This document shows positions 7,641 to 16,462 of a DNA stretch of 64,000 nt, piece after piece. Source of the DNA: Bacteroidales bacterium (GTDB taxonomy: Bacteria; Bacteroidota; Bacteroidia; Bacteroidales; JAGONC01); the NCBI GenBank assembly GCA_035342335.1, contig DAOQWY010000007.1, positions 38,162-102,161 of the forward strand. The letters run 5' to 3'. The notes beneath the pieces were generated by a model that saw only the letters and a list, made by a program, of their open reading frames with translations, had not been told where the DNA came from and searched no databases. The stretch's first letter is position 1. Every line of letters starts with the position of its first letter. A program made the position numbers and the translations under genes.

Positions 7641-8897
7641 TGTGTACAGGATCATCACCAGGGTGCAACTGATGATAAAAAGGATGAAGCCATACATGAA
7701 GATATCGTAGGCGATCCGCAATAATTTGAATTTCTTTGCTAAAACCTTCCCCTGGGAATACTGATCCATGATCATCATGCTGAAGGTCTCCTCCTCATTG
7801 CGCATGGTCTCCTTGACTGCTTTCTCATAGTCCGTGAAGGCCGATCTGTAAAAATTACCGAAAAAAAGCAGGTTGACACGCTTGTTCTGGACATCCTCTT
7901 CGGTAAATTCACCTTTAAGGATGATCGGCCGGGTACTTAAGATGGCTGCGACCAGGGAGCCCAGGCAGGTGACGATCAGGATCAGGACGGGTATGATCAG
8001 ATGCGGATAGTCCTGGTATCTTCTGACAAACAGTGTTATGACCACCGATATGATCAGGGTGTTCATAGTGATCAGGATGTTCGACTTGTTGTCGGCGATG
8101 GCACTCAGGTTGATCTGCTTACGGGAAGTGGTACGGAACATCGTATCTACAGCCCTGGTGTAAGCCGGTTTCACGGCCAGTTCTTTTTTCAGTTTTTTGA
8201 TCTCCCTGGCAAGTCCGCTGACCAGTCCCGGGTAATCGGTCCCCGACTGCATAAGGCTTTCTTCAGCCTTCCAGAGATCCATCTTTCGCTTGACTTCCTC
8301 CAGGTTCTTCTTTTTCAGATCATCCCATATTTTGTTCGCGTAAGCTGTAAAGTAAGGCTTTTTAAGCATCTGGACCGACTCCTTCAGAAATTCAAGTGCC
8401 GGCAGGTTTTCCTTCCTGAGCCTGTTTCTTTCGAGGTGCAACAGTACCGTACGTTCAACAAGGTTGGGAAGGGCAAGATGAACCATATCGGCATCACAGA
8501 TCACCTCCTCCATCCTGTTCTTTGGAGTTTGGGGGATTTTGGTTGCGTCAATGCATGCACAGATGATCCCGATTTTGACGGGATCAACATTTTTACCTGT
8601 TAAAAAACCTGTCGCAATCTTTTTGCTTTCCTCCTCGTGATGAGTATAATCTGCCGTATAACCTGTGTCGTGGAACCAGGCGGCGATGGTGACCCGTTCC
8701 ATCTCCTCCTGGCTTAATCCTTCGTTCTGGCCGATGACCTTGCAGGCTTCGACCACTTCTTTGGTGTGTGCCAGGTTGTGATAAATGTATTTTTCCGGGT
8801 CCAGTTCCGCAAAAAGATGCAGACAAAATTCTTCAGTTTCTTTCAGTAGGCTCAAGAGTGTTGTATTAATTGTCGATTGTCGATTGTCGATTGTCAA
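7638..8897 (-). CDS. HD-domain phosphohydrolase fused to a C-terminal 3-TM module (DUF5706 / Pycsar-effector-like)
   Basis: HD motif: HNLAHTKEV...AAWFHDTGY...ICDADMVHL. C-terminal hydrophobic helices: ILITMNTLIISVVITLFV, LIIPVLILIVTCLGSLVAAILS and IFMYGFILFIISCTLVMILY, preceded by INLSAIADNKSNILI. The track start at 8897 is a TTG inside a heptamer repeat array, and an alternative TTG lies at 8855. Confidence 0.7.
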   Translation of the reverse strand: MTIDNRQSTINTTLLSLLKETEEFCLHLFAELDPEKYIYHNLAHTKEVVEACKVIGQNEGLSQEEMERVTIAAWFHDTGYTADYTHHEEESKKIATGFLTGKNVDPVKIGIICACIDATKIPQTPKNRMEEVICDADMVHLALPNLVERTVLLHLERNRLRKENLPALEFLKESVQMLKKPYFTAYANKIWDDLKKKNLEEVKRKMDLWKAEESLMQSGTDYPGLVSGLAREIKKLKKELAVKPAYTRAVDTMFRTTSRKQINLSAIADNKSNILITMNTLIISVVITLFVRRYQDYPHLIIPVLILIVTCLGSLVAAILSTRPIILKGEFTEEDVQNKRVNLLFFGNFYRSAFTDYEKAVKETMRNEEETFSMMIMDQYSQGKVLAKKFKLLRIAYDIFMYGFILFIISCTLVMILYT

Positions 8898-8931
8898 TTG
8901 CCGGTTGCCGGTTGCCGATTGCCGATTGCCG
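8869..8931. repeat. tandem heptamer array, 9 units (ATTGTCG x3, ATTGTCA, ATTGCCG, GTTGCCG x2, ATTGCCG x2)
   Basis: Read directly; spans the predicted TTG start (8897) of the HD-TM gene. Confidence 0.9.
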
Positions 8932-9047
8932 ATGTTTGACAGATCCCTGCCTTAGGGAGTAAGAATCTATGCGTAAAATTAAATAAAAACTGATTAAGCA
9001 AATCATCCTTCTTTTTTACGGAAATTTATTAATTTCGTTCAGTTAAA

Positions 9048-10052
9048 GTGCAAATTCTGACTGAAATACGAAAGACTGTCCCGGTTCCCTGGTTTTGCCT
9101 TGCTGCACTGACAGGGATGGCTGTGCTCTTTTTGGAGGCCTGTAACAAGGTTCCCTCAGCCAAAGACCCTGCCGGACGAGGGATTTCGGTTCTGGGAGAG
9201 GCCGATCAGGGAACTGACAATTCCTTCGTGTACACTTATGATCTGTCTTCCCCTGATCACAGGGTGTTGTTGCCCTCTATTCTTGCGGAGATATCAGGAA
9301 TTTGCATTTACGATTCGGTATGCCTGGCCGGCATCCAGGATGAAGTGGGACGCATATTTGTGTTCAGGATGGAGGACGGTGCCATCGAAAAAACGATCAA
9401 TTTCGCAGGAGAAGGTGATTACGAGGATATTACAATAGTCAATGATCACTTTTATGTGTTAAAGAGCAATGGTAATATTTACCGGGTAGGTAAAGACCAA
9501 ACGATCAAAACAGAAATCAGTCGGTACAAAACACGGTTGAAGTCACGGAATGATTGTGAAGGTTTAACTCCTGCACCACAAAACGATGGTCTTTTAGTAG
9601 CCTGCAAGGGTTCACCTTCTCTTGACAGGCAACATCCGCCTGAAAATTACAGGGCCATTTACAGGTTTTCATTTCAAACGGCTGACATTGATACCATTCC
9701 GTACCTGGTCATCAACACCGATGAAATAGGGTTGGCCGAAACAAAGGATTGGTACCAGGGCATTAGCATCAAGCTTGCGAATCGCCTGAGCCAGTATGAA
9801 AATACCGCTTTTCAGCCAAGCGGCATAGCCTGCCATCCGGTCACCCTTGATTTTTACATCCTTGCGCATGTTGGAAAGATGATTCTCGTAACAAATGATT
9901 CAGGAGAGATTCTCCGGATTTTACCGGTTGATCCGGCTATTCTGGCTCAACCTGAAGGGATCTGTTTTGACGATGACGGGACCCTTTACCTTGTCAGTGA
10001 AGGTGCCGGAACAGATGCAGTCCTGGCGGTGTTCAAGGCTAAAAATCGATAA
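9048..10052 (+). CDS. SdiA-regulated / YjiK-like beta-propeller domain protein (probable lipoprotein)
   Basis: LAEISGICIY, GEGDYEDITIVNDHFYVLKSNGNIY, DCEGL, PSGIACHP and QPEGICFDDDGTLYLVSEG are repeated blade-like motifs typical of the SdiA-regulated family. LFLEAC is a lipobox-like signal. GTG start. Confidence 0.65.
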   Translation: MQILTEIRKTVPVPWFCLAALTGMAVLFLEACNKVPSAKDPAGRGISVLGEADQGTDNSFVYTYDLSSPDHRVLLPSILAEISGICIYDSVCLAGIQDEVGRIFVFRMEDGAIEKTINFAGEGDYEDITIVNDHFYVLKSNGNIYRVGKDQTIKTEISRYKTRLKSRNDCEGLTPAPQNDGLLVACKGSPSLDRQHPPENYRAIYRFSFQTADIDTIPYLVINTDEIGLAETKDWYQGISIKLANRLSQYENTAFQPSGIACHPVTLDFYILAHVGKMILVTNDSGEILRILPVDPAILAQPEGICFDDDGTLYLVSEGAGTDAVLAVFKAKNR

Positions 10053-10077
10053 TCCCGGGTCGGTCTTGTTTTTTGAC

Positions 10078-10085
10078 TACTTTTG
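10078..10085 (+). promoter_or_regulatory. candidate -7 box TACTTTTG upstream of the BNR-repeat gene
   Basis: TAnnTTTG match 25 nt upstream of the ATG at 10111. Confidence 0.4.
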
Positions 10086-10110
10086 CCTTTAGCTCAACAC
10101 CACGAATGTT

Positions 10111-12675
10111 ATGAAAAAAAGTCTTGTTCTCCTGTTCATTACCGGGATGTTCCTGATCAGTGCGGTTTATCTGCTTGTTAGAACTTCACCTGAAAATAAA
10201 ACCTATCGGCCGGTTACAAAAGTGCCCAAGACCTATCCGGGTGACTGGATTGCGTATCAGCGTGCTTATCCTTACGGGCAGATAAAGACCAGTTCCTACC
10301 TGCAGGCGTTTGAACAGGCTGCTCAGATGCAGCGGTCGTCGTCGCGGTCCGGTTTTGATTATGAACTGATGGGACCTACCAACATTGGCGGCCGCATTAC
10401 GGATATCGCCGTGCATCCCGACTCTCCTTACACGTGGTACATAGGAGCTTCTACCGGAGGCATCTTTAAAACCACTGACGGCGGCTCCTCGTGGGAAAAC
10501 GTTTTTCTAAGCGCCCCGCTGATTTCCATCGGAGATCTTGAAATTGATCCCACAGATGAAAATATTATCTATGCTGGCACAGGTGAAGCCAATTCTTCCA
10601 GTTTCAGTTTTCTGGGAAATGGCATCTATAAATCCACCGATGCCGGCCAGACCTGGGCCCATCTGGGGTTGGACTATTCCGCCTACATCGGGCGGATCGT
10701 AGTTGATTACGATGATCCCCAGCGCATTTTTGCTGCAGCCTGTGGCACGTTGTTCACCCCGGATGAACACCGTGGGGTTTACCGCAGCCAGGATGGGGGT
10801 AACACGTGGGAAAAGGTCCTTTTTGTGACAGACTCCACCTCTGCGATCGACATCGTACAGCATCCGGAAAATCCCGATATCTTGTTTGCAGCCATGTGGG
10901 AACGCATCCGGGGATTGAGCTACAGAACTTCCTTCGGACTGAGCTCCGGTGTGTACAAATCCACGGATGGAGGCGATACCTGGACGGAGATCACCGACTG
11001 GCTGCCTTCCGGATATAATGTCGGAAGGATAGGGATCGACATTGCAAAATCCAGTCCGAACGTGATGTACGCTTTTTACGACATGGCCAATGAAGAGGTC
11101 CGGGTCTATCGTTCGGATGACACCGGTGAAAGCTGGTACAGGACCAATGATAACGCCCTGCAGGAGATGAACAGCAATTTTGGATGGTACTTCGGGCAGA
11201 TCCGGGTCGACATTTATGATGCGAACAAGGTATATGTTTACGGAGTGGAGGCCTTCCGCTCCACCAACGGGGGTAACAGCTGGTCAACAATGGGTGGATG
11301 GGACTTTCACGTAGACCACCACGCCATGTACATGGATAAAAACATCAGCCTGTACCTGGAAGGGAACGACGGAGGTCTCTATATGAGCACCAATTACAGC
11401 ACTACGTGGACGAAAGTGAACAACCTTCCGATCACGCAGTTCTATGCCATCGAAATTGATTACCAGAATCCCGAACGAATCTATGGTGGAACCCAGGATA
11501 ATAATACAATCCGGACCTATTCGGGAAGTCTCGATGACTGGGAAGCGCTCCTGGGTGGCGATGGTTTTTATACCCTGGTGGATTATACGAATTCCAACAT
11601 CATCTACGCCGAGTACCAGTACGGGCAGCTCTATAAATCCACTGACGGCGGGAACGATTTCAATTACATCGCCTGGTCGATGGGCAACGACCGCACCAAC
11701 TGGTCATCGCCGCTGGTGATGCATCCCGTGCTGCCGAATACGCTTTATTTCGGAACCTACCGTGTCTGGAAGACCCTTAACGGAGGCTCACAGTGGACCG
11801 CAGTCAGCTCTGACCTGACCGACGGGGACGATGGCAGTGGATATCATACCGTGTCCACCCTTGACATTTCCAGGCCCGACCCGGATATTATCCTGGCCGG
11901 AACAGATGACGGACATGTGCATATATCCCTGGATGCCGGTGCCACCTGGAATGAAATTTCGGAAGGGCTTCCCAAGCGATGGATCACTCGCGTGAAGTGT
12001 GATCCGGTCTACTCCGACGTGATCTACGCCACCCTGTCCGGATTCCGCTGGGACGAGCCCATTGCCCACGTTTACCGGTCAAATGACCTTGGTCAGACCT
12101 GGGAAAATATCAGCGGCAATCTCCCGGAGCTTCCCGTGAACGCAATGGCGATCGATCCTGATGTGGCGGACAGGTATCTTGTTGGAACGGATGCGGGGCT
12201 CTTCCTGACCGAAGACGGGGGTGAAAGCTGGTGGGGCGTTTCAGGCGGCCTGGGCAATGTCCCCATCTATGATCTGAAAATCCTGGATTACGACCGCGCC
12301 CTTTATGTCGGGACTTATGGTCTCAGCATTTACAGGGTCGACCTGGATGACCTGGCGGTAGGCACCCCGGAACAAACAACCATCACCGAAAACGATCCTG
12401 CCGTGACCATCTATCCCAATCCTGTTTCACTCACAGAAGCACAATCAGCATTGATCGAAATTGCCGTGAAGGAAAAAGACCATCTGACGGCCATGATCCT
12501 TGATGAGCGCGGACGAAGGGTCATTTCACTTTTCGATGGCAGCTGTTCCGAAGGTACCTGTAAACTTACCTGGAACGGAAAGAATGAGGCAGGGGAAAGG
12601 ATGCGCCCCGGCCTGTATTTTCTGCAGGTGAGTCACGGTTCCCGCCACTCCGTCAGTAAGATCGTTGTTCTCTGA
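10111..12675 (+). CDS. BNR/Asp-box repeat (sortilin/VPS10- or GH74-like) secreted protein with T9SS C-terminal sorting domain
   Basis: Many S-x-D-x-G-x-(T/S)-W Asp-boxes (TTDGGSSWENV, STDAGQTWAHL, SQDGGNTWEKV, STDGGDTWTEI, SDDTGESWYRT, STNGGNSWSTM, SLDAGATWNEI, SNDLGQTWENI, TEDGGESWWGV). CTD is TIYPNPVS...GLYFLQVSHGSRHSVSKIVVL. Confidence 0.8.
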   Translation: MKKSLVLLFITGMFLISAVYLLVRTSPENKTYRPVTKVPKTYPGDWIAYQRAYPYGQIKTSSYLQAFEQAAQMQRSSSRSGFDYELMGPTNIGGRITDIAVHPDSPYTWYIGASTGGIFKTTDGGSSWENVFLSAPLISIGDLEIDPTDENIIYAGTGEANSSSFSFLGNGIYKSTDAGQTWAHLGLDYSAYIGRIVVDYDDPQRIFAAACGTLFTPDEHRGVYRSQDGGNTWEKVLFVTDSTSAIDIVQHPENPDILFAAMWERIRGLSYRTSFGLSSGVYKSTDGGDTWTEITDWLPSGYNVGRIGIDIAKSSPNVMYAFYDMANEEVRVYRSDDTGESWYRTNDNALQEMNSNFGWYFGQIRVDIYDANKVYVYGVEAFRSTNGGNSWSTMGGWDFHVDHHAMYMDKNISLYLEGNDGGLYMSTNYSTTWTKVNNLPITQFYAIEIDYQNPERIYGGTQDNNTIRTYSGSLDDWEALLGGDGFYTLVDYTNSNIIYAEYQYGQLYKSTDGGNDFNYIAWSMGNDRTNWSSPLVMHPVLPNTLYFGTYRVWKTLNGGSQWTAVSSDLTDGDDGSGYHTVSTLDISRPDPDIILAGTDDGHVHISLDAGATWNEISEGLPKRWITRVKCDPVYSDVIYATLSGFRWDEPIAHVYRSNDLGQTWENISGNLPELPVNAMAIDPDVADRYLVGTDAGLFLTEDGGESWWGVSGGLGNVPIYDLKILDYDRALYVGTYGLSIYRVDLDDLAVGTPEQTTITENDPAVTIYPNPVSLTEAQSALIEIAVKEKDHLTAMILDERGRRVISLFDGSCSEGTCKLTWNGKNEAGERMRPGLYFLQVSHGSRHSVSKIVVL

Positions 12676-12693
12676 TCAGATTCTGCCTTAAAA

Positions 12694-13398
12694 ATGAACA
12701 TCATTGTCACAGGAGCAAGCCGGGGCATCGGCAATTCACTGGTCAGGGAATATGCAAAGAACCCGGGCGACAGCATCATAGCCATATCAAGGAACCCGGT
12801 TGCGTTAAATGATCTTCGTTCCTATTGTATCAGTCACCATCCCGGAAGTCGTGTCTTCCCTGTTGCCTATGATCTTTCAAACATAGCGTCTGACGACCGG
12901 TTGATTCCGGAAGTGGTCAATCATTTCGAAAAGACCGATGTACTGGTCAACAATGCCGGCCTGCTTATCCACAAGCCGTTTGCTGAGTTTACACCGGAGG
13001 ACATCGACCGGCTGCTCGATATCAATTTCAGAGCTTCGGTTATCCTGATCCAGAAATTATTGCCCTTGATGAACCAAGGGGCTCATATCGTCAATATCGG
13101 CAGCATGGGAGGAGTCCAGGGAAGCGTCAAATTCCCGGGTATGTCGGTATACAGCGCCAGCAAGGGCGCGCTGGCCATTCTTACGGAATGCCTGGCTGCA
13201 GAACTGGAACCTGCCGGAATATCCGTGAATATGCTCGCACTGGGAGCCGTGGATACCGAAATGCTCCGGATGGCCTTTCCCGGATACAAAGCCCCTGTCA
13301 CACCGGATGAAATGGCCGCATTCATTGCATCTTTCTCCAGAACGGGACATCATTTTTTCAACGGCAAGGTGCTTCAGCTGTCCTTGTCAACACCGTAG
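12694..13398 (+). CDS. SDR family oxidoreductase
   Basis: TGASRGIG cofactor motif, NNAG, and YSASKGAL catalytic Y-x3-K. Confidence 0.85.
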   Translation: MNIIVTGASRGIGNSLVREYAKNPGDSIIAISRNPVALNDLRSYCISHHPGSRVFPVAYDLSNIASDDRLIPEVVNHFEKTDVLVNNAGLLIHKPFAEFTPEDIDRLLDINFRASVILIQKLLPLMNQGAHIVNIGSMGGVQGSVKFPGMSVYSASKGALAILTECLAAELEPAGISVNMLALGAVDTEMLRMAFPGYKAPVTPDEMAAFIASFSRTGHHFFNGKVLQLSLSTP

Positions 13399-13417
13399 AT
13401 AAATTTTTCCGGTCAGG

Positions 13418-13464
13418 GAAATGCTTTCCATTTCTGCAAAAAGCGTACTTTTGCAGAAAGTACG
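13418..13464 (+). promoter_or_regulatory. two consecutive perfect hairpins in the SDR-rseC spacer (GAAATG-CTTTC-CATTTC and CGTACTTT-TGCAG-AAAGTACG)
   Basis: Read directly. The second stem (8 bp) ends 7 nt before the rseC ATG at 13472. Function unknown. Confidence 0.3.
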
Positions 13465-13471
13465 GATAAAA

Positions 13472-13897
13472 ATGGGTCGGACAGGTGAAAAAATTTGCCA
13501 CGAAGGTACAGTTGACAAGGTTGATGGCCAGTCGGTCTATGTAAGGATCCAATCCGCTTCAGCTTGTTCCTCCTGTCAGATCAAGGGAGCCTGCAACCTT
13601 GCAGAATCACAGGAAAAGATCATTGAGGTCAGAAATCAGGAGGGAGAGAGCCATCCGGTCGGAGAAACGGTTGATGTGGTCATGGATCAGTCTTCAGGAA
13701 CCAGGGCCGTTGTCCTGGCCTACCTCATCCCATTTTTGATCGTCCTGGTATCCCTCGTGATTTTACTGTCGGCCGGGGTGAAGGAAGGTATTTCTGCTCT
13801 CCTCTCCATCTTCTTGCTGGTACCTTATTATTCAATTCTTTACCATTTCCGCGACAAGTTGAAAAAGGGTTTCGGTTTCACCATCCAATCCAAATGA
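13472..13897 (+). CDS. rseC: RseC/MucC (SoxR-reducing system) family protein
   Basis: GTVDKVDGQSVYVRIQSASACSSCQIKGACNL followed by two TM helices is the typical RseC layout. This family normally precedes rnf genes in Bacteroidota. Start trimmed to the ATG at 13472. Confidence 0.7.
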   Translation: MGRTGEKICHEGTVDKVDGQSVYVRIQSASACSSCQIKGACNLAESQEKIIEVRNQEGESHPVGETVDVVMDQSSGTRAVVLAYLIPFLIVLVSLVILLSAGVKEGISALLSIFLLVPYYSILYHFRDKLKKGFGFTIQSK

Positions 13898-13965
13898 TGG
13901 ATCGTTACGGAGCGTCATTTGAAAATGAAAGACACAGGAATGAAGTATAATATGATGCACTACGA

Positions 13966-16320
13966 ATGAAAAAAGCGTTTACGTTATTGGTCTGTTTAAC
14001 ATTGCTCCTGCCGGGTATGTTCGCGCAGGAAAATTCCATTGGAAAGGTCAGGGTAAGCAAAGCCACCTATTATGACAAAACTCCTCCGCTGAGGAGCATG
14101 CCGGTGGTGCTCCCAGGTGAAAGGATCCGGAGCTGGAAGAACAACATCATCAAGAATCCGTCGCTGGAACGGACGTTCACCGATGAACAGAAAGCTCATT
14201 TTGAAACGGTGACCGATCCCGTTGCCCAGCAGCGGATGGGTGAGCGCAACCAGCGCGGCCCTATCTTGAATTTCAAGGGAGTGGGAAATGTCAACAGCGT
14301 TTATCCTCCCGACACGGACGGTGACGTGGGACCCAATCATTATTTCCAGATGATCAACCTGTCGTTCGCCATCTGGGACAAGAACGGGAACAAGCTTTAC
14401 GGACCGGTGGACAACGCGACGCTCTGGTTTGGTTTTGCAGGACCCTGGACCGGAACAAACGACGGGGATCCGATCGTAGTGTACGATCATCTTGCCGATC
14501 GCTGGGTTGCCTCCCAGTTTGCCATCCATACGGATGATGGTTCCTATTGGGAACTTGTTGCAGTGTCAGCCACCGGTGATCCGCTGGGAGAATATTACCG
14601 GTATGCATTTGAATTTCCTGCATTCAATGATTATCCCAAACTCGGTGTTTGGCACGACGGATATTATGCCACATTCAACATGTTTGGCGGAAATACCAGG
14701 GGTGCAGTGTCCTCCTTTGAACGGGAGAAAATGCTTGCGGGAGATCCGGATGCCCAGATGGTCTACTTTGACATGTGGGGAACCTTCAGCCTTCTTCCGG
14801 CCGATGTTGACGGTCCTTCACCTCCGGCCAACTCACCCAATTACATCATCCACCGCCGGGTCTGGGATGATCAGCACCTGGAGGTCTATGCCATGCAGGT
14901 GGATTGGGACAATCCGGATAATTCATCCATAGAACTGATCGCCGATCTGGCAACGGAACCCTATAATGCCAGTCTGGATGGAATTCCGCAGCCCGGGACA
15001 GGCGTACGGCTTGACGACCTTGCCGTGATGCTGATGTACCGGTTGCAATACCGGAATTTTACTGACTACGAAGTTCTGCTGACCAACCATACCGTCAAGG
15101 TGAATGGTAACGCTGCCGTCCGCTGGTACGAACTAAGGAAGGAACAGGGACCGTGGTATGTGTACCAGCAGGGCACCTATGCACCTGATGATGAAAACCG
15201 GTGGATGGGCAGCATTGCCATGAACGGGGCGGGTGAAATCGCACTCGGCTATACCGTTTCCAGCTCAGCAACTTATCCCTCCGTGCGTTTTACGGGGAGA
15301 TCAGCCGACGCACCGGCAGGAGTGATGAACTATGCCGAAAGGGAACTCATAGCCGGCCAGGCCCCTCAGACAGCACTGGACCGGTGGGGGGACTATAGTT
15401 GCATGACCGTGGATCCAGTGGATGATTATACCTTCTGGTACACACAGGAATATTCAATGGGCAACTGGAGCACACGCATCGGTTCATTTGACTTCGGACC
15501 CGTTCAGCCTCCTCAGATTGCAGCAGCCAAAGATACGGTGATCTGTGAAGACACACCCTTTACGGCGGTATCCACAGGCATCTATGTACAGTCGGTCCTC
15601 TGGTCAACGGATGGTGACGGCTTTTTCGTCCCTGCTCCGCCCGTCAATATGGAGCAGGGCTATATCCGCGGACCGTTAGACATTGCCAACGGCGGATTTA
15701 CGCTTGCCGTTACCGCTTTCGGTTACGAGCCCGGATTGCAGGACCAGGACACCATGTATGTCGCCCTTGCCCGCTGGCCGAGTGTATTCGCCGGTAACGA
15801 CACCACCATCTGTTATAATACCTCCGTCCTGCTAGAAGGGGAAGTCTCCAGCGCTTCGGAGGTCCTGTGGTCAACACCCGGAGATGGATCTTTTGATGAT
15901 CCATCCATTTTACAGGCCACCTATACACCTGGAGCCTCTGACCTTGCCAACGGATCGGTACGGCTCACCCTTACGGGTTACCCGATCGATCCCTGTGAGG
16001 AACCCAAGTCAGATAAGGTCAGGGTGAAGTTCGATCCCTGCACGGGTATCAGTGAGCCTGCCAACCCGGATGTTCAGGTGAAAATCGTTCCCAACCCTGC
16101 AACGGATTCATTTCGCGTGACCATAACCGGTCTGAAAGATCAACCTTATGACATCAGCCTTCTGAACCAGGCGGGGGAGAGGATCTTTACCAAGAAAGGC
16201 GCCTCAGGTTCCGGTCCGGTTGATGAGCAGTTCATTATGAATTACCAGCCACGAGGGATCTATTTCATTGAGATCAGGTCTGGAAAGGTGATCCGGACAG
16301 AGAAAGTGATCGTTCAGTAG
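13966..16320 (+). CDS. secreted protein of unknown function with T9SS C-terminal sorting domain (beta-propeller-like N-terminal region, two internal ~90-aa repeats)
   Basis: Signal peptide MKKAFTLLVCLTLLLPGMFA. The N-terminal 500 aa have no motif I can name (RWGDYSCMTVDP resembles sialidase-fold proteins). Repeats are marked by LWSTDGDGFF and LWSTPGDGSFDDP...ATYTPG. CTD is VKIVPNPATDSFRVTITGL...GIYFIEIRSGKVIRTEKVIVQ. Confidence 0.6.
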   Translation: MKKAFTLLVCLTLLLPGMFAQENSIGKVRVSKATYYDKTPPLRSMPVVLPGERIRSWKNNIIKNPSLERTFTDEQKAHFETVTDPVAQQRMGERNQRGPILNFKGVGNVNSVYPPDTDGDVGPNHYFQMINLSFAIWDKNGNKLYGPVDNATLWFGFAGPWTGTNDGDPIVVYDHLADRWVASQFAIHTDDGSYWELVAVSATGDPLGEYYRYAFEFPAFNDYPKLGVWHDGYYATFNMFGGNTRGAVSSFEREKMLAGDPDAQMVYFDMWGTFSLLPADVDGPSPPANSPNYIIHRRVWDDQHLEVYAMQVDWDNPDNSSIELIADLATEPYNASLDGIPQPGTGVRLDDLAVMLMYRLQYRNFTDYEVLLTNHTVKVNGNAAVRWYELRKEQGPWYVYQQGTYAPDDENRWMGSIAMNGAGEIALGYTVSSSATYPSVRFTGRSADAPAGVMNYAERELIAGQAPQTALDRWGDYSCMTVDPVDDYTFWYTQEYSMGNWSTRIGSFDFGPVQPPQIAAAKDTVICEDTPFTAVSTGIYVQSVLWSTDGDGFFVPAPPVNMEQGYIRGPLDIANGGFTLAVTAFGYEPGLQDQDTMYVALARWPSVFAGNDTTICYNTSVLLEGEVSSASEVLWSTPGDGSFDDPSILQATYTPGASDLANGSVRLTLTGYPIDPCEEPKSDKVRVKFDPCTGISEPANPDVQVKIVPNPATDSFRVTITGLKDQPYDISLLNQAGERIFTKKGASGSGPVDEQFIMNYQPRGIYFIEIRSGKVIRTEKVIVQ

Positions 16321-16391
16321 CCGGCAGTCAGTCATTCATTTTCATTGTGAAAAAAATAACACGCCGGGCGTACCCCTTCCGTAATTGTTTT

Positions 16392-16399
16392 TACATTTG
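16392..16399 (+). promoter_or_regulatory. candidate -7 box TACATTTG upstream of the rnf operon
   Basis: TAnnTTTG match 63 nt upstream of the rnfB GTG at 16463. Confidence 0.35.
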
Positions 16400-16462
16400 T
16401 ACCACTTGATTTCAATATCCTGGTAATGTAAATCATTTTATCATTCTGAAAGGAGATCTGCT

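Noticed and set aside
8869-8931. I asked whether the short-period arrays (here and at 5795, 21546, 25651 and 25746) could be CRISPR arrays or degenerate CRISPR remnants.
   Set aside because: The units are 7 nt and directly abutting, with no spacers, and no cas genes are in the window. These are microsatellite-type arrays, not CRISPR.
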